A DNA stretch of 43,104 bases from a bacterium (GTDB lineage Bacteria; Planctomycetota; UBA1135; GCA-002686595), in the NCBI GenBank assembly GCA_030428965.1, contig JAUIEE010000001.1:1-43104 (forward strand), given 5' to 3'. Below the pieces are notes generated by a model. The model did not search any database. It had not been told where the DNA came from and was given only the letters and a program-made list of their open reading frames with translations. A program made the translations under genes and the position numbers. Position 1 is the stretch's first letter. Each line of letters begins with the position of its first letter. Below, piece after piece: positions 36,505 through 43,104 of this stretch.

Positions 36505-36520
36505 TGCAACTGGCGGGCCA
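36505..36520 (-). promoter_or_regulatory. Sigma-54 (-24/-12) promoter-like motif TGGCCC-GCCAG-TTGCA, proximal
   Basis: On the minus strand it reads TGGCCCGCCAGTTGCA, with the canonical GG-N10-GC spacing. The -12 element ends 11 nt before the YceI-like ATG, which would imply an essentially leaderless transcript. Confidence 0.35.
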
Positions 36521-36575
36521 AGCGGGCTGAAGGGACCGCTCTTTTGCCCGTGAAGGCGCCAGCTGTGGGCTTCCC

Positions 36576-36590
36576 GCACAAGGGTGGCCA
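36576..36590 (-). promoter_or_regulatory. Sigma-54 (-24/-12) promoter-like motif TGGCCA-CCCTT-GTGC, distal
   Basis: On the minus strand it reads TGGCCACCCTTGTGC, with the GG-N10-GC spacing and a conserved TGC at -12. The predicted leader to the YceI-like ATG is about 70 nt. Confidence 0.35.
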
Positions 36591-36654
36591 GGCCCGAGGC
36601 CCCTGGCAGGTCAAAGCTACCGACGCTGGACCGGTAGGAGTTACCGCTTTCGGC

Positions 36655-38733
36655 ATGGCGCTGCCGAGTTCCCACGGCGGGATGCCCTCCAGCAGGGCAA
36701 GAGACGGGGTGCGCGCCTGGCATGCCCCTTGCACTTGTCGAGCTGTGATCAGGCGAAGAGCTGACTGGACCCGGCTTGCCCTGCTGCTGCCCTGCTTGCT
36801 CGTGGCCGCGGTCGGCAGAGGTCTCTTGAGCGTGGACGTCGAGAACCTCGCGATGAAGTCCGTGGGCACATCGACGGGCTGGCTCGCCTCGCTTCGAGCA
36901 GAACAGTTCGGCCACGATCCGACTCTCTTCCTGCTGGCGAGCCCGCGAGCGCCCGAGGTCCTGGCACCGCTCGACGAACGTGAAGTCGGCCAGTGGATCG
37001 ATTCCCTGCGGGAGCGCCCCGAGGTGTCCGCCCTGCTCGACGCACCCTCTTCGAACCCGGGAGAGCACTGTGTTTCCGTCGCTCTCCGGACGGACGCGGA
37101 GGGGCGGTATGCGGCTTCCGTCGAGAGCTTGAGCGAAGCCGCACGCTCCACGGTCCCGCCGACCTACCGTATCTCGATCGGGGGAGTTCCCGCGGTCGAG
37201 GTGGCGATCGCCAAGGAGATGGGCGCGGAACGCTCCCACCTGCTTCCCATCATCGCAGGGGCCCTGGCCGCGGTGCTCCTGCTCCTCTACCGCAGTCCGG
37301 CCCTCGTCCTCGGCGCCCTGCTGGCCCCACTTGCCGGCGTGTTCTTGCTCGACGGGTTGCAGGGACTCCTGGGCCTCTCGGTGGACCCTGTTTCGGCCCT
37401 GCTGGGTCCGTCGGTCTTGACCGTGGGCGTGGCTTCCAGCGTACACGTGCTGGAGCGCTACAAGCGTTCCCTCCGAGAACAGGTCCCGAAAGCCCTGGCC
37501 AGCGAGCAAGCTGTCCGCCAGCTTCGGCTCCCTCTACTCCTGACGGTGGCCACGACGGTCGCCGGATTCATGGGCCTGCTCACGAGCCCGATACCGGCCG
37601 TGAAGAGATTCGGGCTGCTCGCGTCGGCGGGCATCGTGATCGTCGTCCTCATCACGCTGCTCTGTCTCCCCAGCTTGCTCCGTCTCCTGCACCGGCCGAC
37701 CGTGCAGGATCGCCAGCCGGTTGCCGAACCGGGCGTGGGCCGCTTCCTGCCGACGCGCAGGGCGGCCATCCTCATTCTGGGGGTGTCCGCCTTCCTCGGA
37801 CTGGCAGGGTCGCTCTTCCTCGCGGGAAACCGTGTCGACAGCGACCCGATCCACGTTCTGTCCGCGGACAGTCTCGCCAGACGCGATTCCATCCGCATCG
37901 CCCGCCAGCTCGGGGGCAGCGAGATCTTCGAGCTCCTCCTGCCCCCTGGAGGACCGCCCACTCCGATCGCCTCGATCCAGCTGGCGGCCAAGGTCTCGAA
38001 CCTCGATGGCGTCGTCGGACCCGCAGGGCCGCCTCGTACTTCCGCACAGGGCTACCAGCTCCTGACTTTCCTCCTCGCTCCCCGAGGATCGGCCGCACGG
38101 GAAGCGCTCTTTGCCCGCAGCGAGGCCCTCGCGTCGGAGTCCGGCTGGATCGGAGCTGGAGCCACCGGGCTCTCCGTGCGCGTCGCTCGGGATTCGAACG
38201 ACCTGGTTCGAGGTCAGCGGCGAGGCATTCTGCTGACGCTCGCGGCCCTGTGGTGCGTCATGTCGGTCGGATTCCGCTCGCCCTGGCTCGGGTTGCTCGG
38301 CCTGCTTCCCAACGTCCTCCCGCTCGTGATCCTCCAGGGCTCGATGGGGGCCGTCGGGCGTCCGCTCACCGTCGCTTCCTCCATGATCGGAGCCGTCATG
38401 CTCGGTCTGGTCGTCGACGACACGATTCACCTCCTCCACGCCTATCGCAAAGCCGCGGGAACAGCCCGGCAGCGGGTCGCCGAGGCCCTGGATGCCGTCT
38501 GGCGCCCGATCGTGATCACCACGGTGGTGCTCTGCACGGGCTTCTCGGCCACGTTGCTCGGAGAGCTGAGCGCGACCCGGGAGTTCGGCGCCCTTGCTGC
38601 TGCCACGCTCATCCTGGCGATCCTCGCGGATCTGCTTCTTCTTCCCGCGCTCCTCGTCTGGGCGCGTCCACGTTTGACCCAGCTGCAGAGCGGAGCCTCC
38701 ACATGTATCGAGAACGCGAGTACGACGTCGTAG
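36655..38733 (+). CDS. MMPL/RND-superfamily transporter (12-TM, two-repeat, lipid exporter-like)
   Basis: Two homologous halves each carry a TM bundle with MMPL-type motifs (PIIAGALAAVLLLLYRSP...VSALLGPSVLTVGVASSVH, and LPNVLPLVILQGSMG...MIGAVMLGLVVDDTIHLLH). The start is uncertain: ATG 36655 or in-frame GTG 36745. Confidence 0.8.
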   Translation: MALPSSHGGMPSSRARDGVRAWHAPCTCRAVIRRRADWTRLALLLPCLLVAAVGRGLLSVDVENLAMKSVGTSTGWLASLRAEQFGHDPTLFLLASPRAPEVLAPLDEREVGQWIDSLRERPEVSALLDAPSSNPGEHCVSVALRTDAEGRYAASVESLSEAARSTVPPTYRISIGGVPAVEVAIAKEMGAERSHLLPIIAGALAAVLLLLYRSPALVLGALLAPLAGVFLLDGLQGLLGLSVDPVSALLGPSVLTVGVASSVHVLERYKRSLREQVPKALASEQAVRQLRLPLLLTVATTVAGFMGLLTSPIPAVKRFGLLASAGIVIVVLITLLCLPSLLRLLHRPTVQDRQPVAEPGVGRFLPTRRAAILILGVSAFLGLAGSLFLAGNRVDSDPIHVLSADSLARRDSIRIARQLGGSEIFELLLPPGGPPTPIASIQLAAKVSNLDGVVGPAGPPRTSAQGYQLLTFLLAPRGSAAREALFARSEALASESGWIGAGATGLSVRVARDSNDLVRGQRRGILLTLAALWCVMSVGFRSPWLGLLGLLPNVLPLVILQGSMGAVGRPLTVASSMIGAVMLGLVVDDTIHLLHAYRKAAGTARQRVAEALDAVWRPIVITTVVLCTGFSATLLGELSATREFGALAAATLILAILADLLLLPALLVWARPRLTQLQSGASTCIENASTTS

Positions 38734-39977
38734 TAGCCGGTGCGGGACCGGCGGGCACTCATACGGCCTTGCGATTGGGACGTCTCGGCTGGAGAGTGGC
38801 CCTGATCGACCGCTGCGAGTTCCCGCGCAAGAAGCCTTGCGGTGAGTTCCTGAGCCCCGCCTGCCTGCCGCTGCTGGAGGAGGTGGGACTCCTCGAAGAC
38901 GTGCTGGCGTCCGGCGCGGCGCGTGTCCGGGGAATGGACATCGTGACGTCAGGGCACCGCGCGCGTGGAGACTATCGGTCGATGGGCACCTACTCCCCCC
39001 CTCGAGCGGGTGGAATCGGGATTCGCCGTGAAGTCCTCGACCATCAGGCCGTCGAAGCGGCACGGACCGAGCCGAACATCACGGTGCTTCTCGGCTGGCG
39101 CGTCTCGGGTCCGGTTTCCGGGCCTGAGGGTCGCACGATCGGGCTCTCGGTGATCGACCCGGAGGGCAAGAGAGTCCTGCTGCGTTCCCGCTTCGTCGTC
39201 GGAGCGGACGGACTGCACAGTCGCGTTGCACGCGGCCTGGGCTGGACCGGCAAGTACCCAGGTCCCGCTCGCTTCGCCATCGTCGCCCGCTTCGAGGGAG
39301 TCGATCGTCGCAAGGAAGCGGAGGTGCACATCGTCGGCGGCAACTACTTCGCGGCGTGCCCCATCGACGATGGCTTGTTCACCGCGAACCTGGTGGTCGA
39401 TGGGAATCGCCTCCCCAAGGGGTCCAGCGAGCTCGAACCCTTCTTCCAGCACCATCTTCAGGAAGCGCCGCTCCTCGCGGAACGACTGGCCGGCGCGCAC
39501 CTGAGCGACCCTCTGCTGACCTGCGGCCCGCTCCGGAGCGAGAATCGCCGCTGCACCGGGCCGGGTGCCGCCCTGGTCGGCGACGCGTGCGGCTTCGTGG
39601 ATCCGCTGACCGGGGAGGGGCTCTACTTCGCCATGCGAGGGGCCAGCATGCTGGCTTCGGCGCTCGACCGTGCCTTGGCGGATCCCGCCCGTGAGCCTTC
39701 GGCCCTGCGTCGGTACGACCGGGACAGAAGACGGGACTTTGCTCCGCGTTACGCTCTGGCGCGGCTCCTGCAGCGGGGCCTTCAGCGGCCAGGCGTGCCC
39801 GATCGGGTCGTCGGAGCCCTGGAGCGAATCCCGGCCCTCTGCGACCTCCTGCTCGGTCTGACCGGGGACTACCTGCCCGCGAGAGGCCTTCTCAGTCCTG
39901 GCGTGTGGCGAAGCGCGATTCAGCACGAACGCCCGGCTCCTCGGAACTTGTTCCGCTCGCTGCCGGACGGACAATGA
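38703..39977 (+). CDS. FAD-dependent oxidoreductase (geranylgeranyl reductase / aromatic hydroxylase-like)
   Basis: The dinucleotide fold is YDVVVAGAGPAGTHTALRLGRLGWRVALIDR, and GADGLHSRVAR and LVGDACGFVDPLTGEGL are present. ATG 38703 overlaps the MMPL gene end by 31 nt. Only the last 424 aa of the listed 994-aa ORF are real. Confidence 0.85.
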   Translation: MYREREYDVVVAGAGPAGTHTALRLGRLGWRVALIDRCEFPRKKPCGEFLSPACLPLLEEVGLLEDVLASGAARVRGMDIVTSGHRARGDYRSMGTYSPPRAGGIGIRREVLDHQAVEAARTEPNITVLLGWRVSGPVSGPEGRTIGLSVIDPEGKRVLLRSRFVVGADGLHSRVARGLGWTGKYPGPARFAIVARFEGVDRRKEAEVHIVGGNYFAACPIDDGLFTANLVVDGNRLPKGSSELEPFFQHHLQEAPLLAERLAGAHLSDPLLTCGPLRSENRRCTGPGAALVGDACGFVDPLTGEGLYFAMRGASMLASALDRALADPAREPSALRRYDRDRRRDFAPRYALARLLQRGLQRPGVPDRVVGALERIPALCDLLLGLTGDYLPARGLLSPGVWRSAIQHERPAPRNLFRSLPDGQ

Positions 39978-39984
39978 GCCAACG

Positions 39985-41478
39985 ATGTTTCGCTTCCGGA
40001 CCCTGACCCGGCGCTTTGGCGCCCTGTACGCCGTGGTTGCGACGATCCTGGTCGGAGTCGCCGCGGTCGTGACGATTCATCTCCAGGGCATCAGCGTCGA
40101 TGCCGAGCGGCTCATCGAGGAAGCGCGAGAGCAGGGGGTGACGGTCCGACTCATCACGGAGCTCGACTCCCTGCAAGCCCTGCTGGCGAGACCGGACGCG
40201 ATCGATGATGGGAAGCTCCAGATTGCTCAGGAGTTCCTGGACACCACGCGTTCGGAGCTCTCGATGCTCGAAGGGGACCAGGCGGACCCCTCGCGCCCGG
40301 AGCATCAGCGCTCCGAGGATCGTATCTTCGAGCACCTATCCGCCGACCTGGAGCGTCTGAACGGAATCCTGACGGCGTTCGACCTGGCTGAGGCCCCCGC
40401 GGCCCTGGAGCTCGTTCAAAGCTCCAGGCACTACGCCCAGGTGCTGCGCTCGGAGGCGAGAGAAGAGTCCATCGAAGCGAACCAGGACCTGCAGGGTAGA
40501 GCGAAGTCGACCCGCATCATCCTCGGCGCCACCTGGGTGATGGCGATTCTCCTCCTGGGCCTGGCCCTCGGCCTGATTCAACGGGGTGTCGTGCGTCCTC
40601 TCCGCACCCTGAGGGCGGGAGCAGACCGTTTCGGCCGAGGCGAGAGCGGCCATCGCATCCACGTGGCCAACGTGGACGAGATCGGTGACCTGGCCGTGTC
40701 CTTCAACACGATGGCGGACCGCCTGTCCAGGGCACGAGAAGATCTCGAAGAACGGGTCCGGCAGCGCACGCGGGAGTTCCTCCGTGCTGCGCGCATGGCC
40801 GACCTCGGGCTACTCGCCTCGGGCATCGCCCACGAGATCAACACGCCGCTGGCTTCGATTGCTTCCAGCGCGGAGGGACTCGAGCGGCGGTTGCAGAATG
40901 GCAACCTCCCTCCCCAGCTCCTGCGCGAGTATTCGCAGGTCATCAGCTCGGAGGCCTTCCGCGCGCGCGAGATCACGAGGCGCATGCTCGGCCTGGTCCG
41001 GCAGGAGGCCAGTGAGATCTCGAGGGTCTCGCTCAGCCTCGTCGTCGAGCAGGCCGAGTCCGCACTTCGTCACCGAGCAGCGCAGCGAGACATTCGGATC
41101 GTCTCGAAGCCCGTTTCGGAGGACCTGTATGCCAATGTCAACGCGGGTGAGCTCGTTCAGATCCTGGTCAATCTCCTGGCCAATGCCGTTGATGCTTCGA
41201 CGCAGGGAAGCTCCGTCGAGCTGCGGCTGGAGGTCGAGGACGATTGCCTCGGCTTCGAAGTCTGCGACCAGGGCAGCGGGATCAGCGAGCAGAACCTCGA
41301 ACGCGTCTTCGAACCCTTCTTCACCACGAAAGGGCCGGGCAGCGGCACGGGGCTCGGCCTGGCCTTGGTCGGAACCATGGTGGAAGGACGCGGCGGACAC
41401 ATCTCCGTCGACAGCGAGGTCGGGCGAGGGAGCACCTTCCGCGTGACTCTTCCCATGGACTGGAGCAAATCCGCATGA
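39985..41478 (+). CDS. Sensor histidine kinase (2 TM helices, helical periplasmic sensor, HAMP, HisKA, HATPase_c)
   Basis: TM1 ALYAVVATILVGVAAVV and TM2 IILGATWVMAILLLGLALGL. HAMP is at VVRPLRTLRAGADRF...DEIGDLAVSFNTMADRL. The H-box is LLASGIAHEINTPLASI, the N-box ILVNLLANAVDA, and the G-boxes DQGSGI and GSGTGLGLAL. Confidence 0.9.
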   Translation: MFRFRTLTRRFGALYAVVATILVGVAAVVTIHLQGISVDAERLIEEAREQGVTVRLITELDSLQALLARPDAIDDGKLQIAQEFLDTTRSELSMLEGDQADPSRPEHQRSEDRIFEHLSADLERLNGILTAFDLAEAPAALELVQSSRHYAQVLRSEAREESIEANQDLQGRAKSTRIILGATWVMAILLLGLALGLIQRGVVRPLRTLRAGADRFGRGESGHRIHVANVDEIGDLAVSFNTMADRLSRAREDLEERVRQRTREFLRAARMADLGLLASGIAHEINTPLASIASSAEGLERRLQNGNLPPQLLREYSQVISSEAFRAREITRRMLGLVRQEASEISRVSLSLVVEQAESALRHRAAQRDIRIVSKPVSEDLYANVNAGELVQILVNLLANAVDASTQGSSVELRLEVEDDCLGFEVCDQGSGISEQNLERVFEPFFTTKGPGSGTGLGLALVGTMVEGRGGHISVDSEVGRGSTFRVTLPMDWSKSA

Positions 41479-42836
41479 GGACACGGGTCTTGATCGTAGA
41501 GGATGACAACGCCCTGCGAAGCGTCCTCGAGCGCGAGGTTCGCGCCTTTGGTCATGCCACCGTCGGGCACGCCACCGGCGAGGACGCGCTGGCGTTCGTC
41601 CGTGACAACAAGGTGGACCTTGGCCTGTTCGACCTGAAGCTGCCCGGCATGTCCGGTCTGGAACTCCTCGAAGCCATCCAGGAGATCGTTCCCGGACTAC
41701 CCGTCGTCTTCCTCACGGGGCACGGAACGGTGCCCGATGCCGTACGGGCGATGCGCGCGGGGGCCCACGACTTCCTCGTCAAGCCCGCGCCACTCGATGA
41801 GCTGGAGATGACCCTCCAGAGGGCACTCGAGTACGGTCGGTTAAGAAGGGAGAATCAACTCCTGCGCACGCTGCTGGACCGCGATGTGGCGTCCGAGATC
41901 CTGGGACAAAGCCCGGAGGTGCATGAGCTTGTCCGCTTGATCAGAAAGGTCGCGGCCAGCGAGGCCAACGTCCTCATCTCGGGGGAGAACGGCACGGGCA
42001 AAGAGCTCGTGGCACGGGCCATACACGAGGCGAGCCCGCGAAGCGCATCGTCCTTCATCGTGGTCAACTGCGGCGCCATCCCAGCAGACCTGTTCGAGAG
42101 CGAGCTCTTCGGGCATCGCAAGGGAGCGTTCACCGGTGCCGACCGCAAGCGTCTTGGACTGATCGAGCTGGCGGAGGGCGGAACCCTCTTCCTGGACGAG
42201 GTCGGTGAGCTCCCGCTCCAGCTCCAGCCGGCGCTCCTGCGTGCCGTGCAGTTCGGAGAGTTCCGCCCCGTGGGTGGAGAGCGGACCGAGAAGGCCGATG
42301 TCCGCGTTCTCGCAGCCACGAACCGCGACCTCGAAGACGCCATCGGACAGAAGGAGTTCCGAGAGGATCTCTACCATCGGCTCTCGACCCTCAAGGTGGA
42401 AGTCCCCCCCCTGCGCGCGCGAGAGGGAGACGCGCCGTACCTGGCCCAGAAGTTCCTCGACCGCCAGAACGAGAGATCGGGGACGGAGGCACCCAAGCAG
42501 TTCTCCCCTGCGGCCCTGGCCCGCCTGGCCGACCATGAGTGGACGGGCAACGTTCGAGAGCTCGAGAACGTGGTCGTGCGCCTCGTGACCCTCGTCGAAG
42601 GGTCCACGATCGAAGCGGACGACGTCGATCGCCACGTCAAGTCAGTCGAGAGCAGACCGCGGTCCACGCTCGAGACCCTCGATCTTCAAACGCTCGAGAG
42701 ATCCGCAGTCGTGCAAGCACTCCGAGCCCACTCCGGACATCGCGAAAAGGCCGCAGCCGACCTCGGCGTGGCCGTGAAGACCCTCTACAACAAGATCCGC
42801 CAGCACGGTATCGGCCCCAGAGAATGGGACAGCTGA
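41475..42836 (+). CDS. Sigma-54-dependent response regulator (NtrC-family enhancer-binding protein)
   Basis: The receiver domain has LIVEDD and the phospho-acceptor region LFDLKLPGMSG. The AAA+ domain has GENGTGKE, the sigma-54 contact loop GAFTGA and FLDEVGEL. The C-terminus is a Fis-type HTH (AAADLGVAVKTLYNKI). Its ATG overlaps the kinase TGA as ATGA. Confidence 0.9.
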   Translation: MRTRVLIVEDDNALRSVLEREVRAFGHATVGHATGEDALAFVRDNKVDLGLFDLKLPGMSGLELLEAIQEIVPGLPVVFLTGHGTVPDAVRAMRAGAHDFLVKPAPLDELEMTLQRALEYGRLRRENQLLRTLLDRDVASEILGQSPEVHELVRLIRKVAASEANVLISGENGTGKELVARAIHEASPRSASSFIVVNCGAIPADLFESELFGHRKGAFTGADRKRLGLIELAEGGTLFLDEVGELPLQLQPALLRAVQFGEFRPVGGERTEKADVRVLAATNRDLEDAIGQKEFREDLYHRLSTLKVEVPPLRAREGDAPYLAQKFLDRQNERSGTEAPKQFSPAALARLADHEWTGNVRELENVVVRLVTLVEGSTIEADDVDRHVKSVESRPRSTLETLDLQTLERSAVVQALRAHSGHREKAAADLGVAVKTLYNKIRQHGIGPREWDS

Positions 42837-43015
42837 TCCGTCGCATCACCTAGGCAAGCGGCTCAGCAGCCTTCTTGGGAGCCTTCTTCCCGGCGAGCAT
42901 TCGATTCTCCCACACACGGTGGAGAGCGGCCGCGCTCCCCCCACGCACCTGCCCGATCGGGGTTGCCGGACACGAAAGGCGTCCTCCTGAACTGTGGGCT
43001 AGAATGGACACGAAT

Positions 43016-43104
43016 GTCCCTCCCTGCCTCCGATACTCGAATCCAGAGCCTTGCTTCCGAGATCTTCCAGGGTGCACTCGAGGTCGAGCTCGGCGAGCGT
43101 GAGG
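43016..43104 (+). CDS. Possible 5' end of an unidentified gene running off the window
   Basis: ATG 43016 opens a frame with no stop to the window end (MSLPASDTRIQSLASEIFQGALEVELGER). Composition looks natural, and a TAGAAT -10-like hexamer lies about 12 nt upstream. The fragment is too short to classify. Confidence 0.25.

Noticed and set aside
36603-36618. Plus-strand TGGCAG-gtcaaa-GCTA, resembling a sigma-54 promoter for the MMPL gene
   Set aside because: The GG-to-GC spacing is 9 nt rather than the required 10, and the -12 element is not TTGC/TGC. I judged it a chance match.
36993-38702. The N-terminal 570 aa of the listed 994-aa ORF 36993..39977
   Set aside because: This part overlaps the MMPL transporter in another frame and is Arg/Pro-rich junk. 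Only the portion from ATG 38703, which carries the GxGxxG FAD fold, is a credible gene.
42850-43077. A 75-aa minus-strand ORF and a 75-aa plus-strand ORF (42875..43102) after the NtrC-family gene, plus a ctcgaatcc string resembling a tRNA T-loop
   Set aside because: Both ORFs have odd composition (Arg/Gly/Pro-rich) and no motifs. The T-loop-like string lacks the preceding GGTT and any acceptor or anticodon stem pairing, so no tRNA is supported. Only a short, low-confidence gene start at 43016 was retained.
1-43104. A search by eye for CRISPR arrays, rRNA, tRNA, insertion sequences, integrases, and phage or toxin-antitoxin modules
   Set aside because: I noticed no regularly spaced direct repeats, no conserved rRNA or tRNA sequence blocks, and no transposase, integrase or recombinase motifs in any credible frame. 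The window looks like core chromosome rather than a mobile island. A computational scan (tRNAscan-SE, Infernal, ISEScan, MinCED) would be needed to be certain.

Overview
Very GC-rich bacterial chromosomal segment. G/C dominates third codon positions, so every real gene is shadowed by long arginine/proline-rich ORFs in other frames. I support about 37 protein-coding genes. I saw no rRNA, tRNA, CRISPR array, transposase or integrase. The gene content (TPR-linked Ser/Thr kinase, sigma-54 activator, type III PKS, Lhr) suggests a Gram-negative, possibly Myxococcota-like organism, but that is a weak guess. Layout from left to right: (1) 1-4.8 kb: a secreted PPC-domain protein, a single-HKD PLD-like nuclease, an SRPBCC protein, and a divergent AraC / NmrA-DUF4345 pair. 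(2) 4.8-9.9 kb, minus strand: a PadR - ABC ATPase - double-FtsX permease - alpha/beta hydrolase operon. (3) 10.2-14.8 kb: a secreted hypothetical protein and a TPR-linked Ser/Thr kinase. (4) 15-24.3 kb, all minus strand: a stress and repair block containing ATP-dependent DNA ligase - Lhr - Nei, then a DUF2383 protein, Fe/Mn SOD, and Dps with a coupled lipoprotein. (5) 24.3-26.7 kb: a small membrane protein, a tandem-duplicated NTF2-like secreted protein, and an SRPBCC-ArsR pair with duplicated palindromic operators. (6) 26.9-32.3 kb: a roughly 1570-aa tandem-duplicated UvrA-like protein with four ABC ATPase modules and no UvrB-binding domain, directly downstream of a MarC-family membrane protein. 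(7) 32.9-42.8 kb: a divergent type III polyketide (phenolic lipid-like) locus. One arm is YceI-like, a degenerate class I methyltransferase-like protein, an ICMT-family methyltransferase and the type III PKS, joined by three ATGA overlaps. The other arm is an MMPL/RND transporter, an FAD oxidoreductase, a histidine kinase and a sigma-54 activator. Sigma-54-type promoter motifs lie in the shared intergenic region. The most interesting candidates are the four-module UvrA-like fusion and the self-contained, sigma-54-wired type III PKS lipid locus. All domain calls come from reading motifs by eye. No database search was run.
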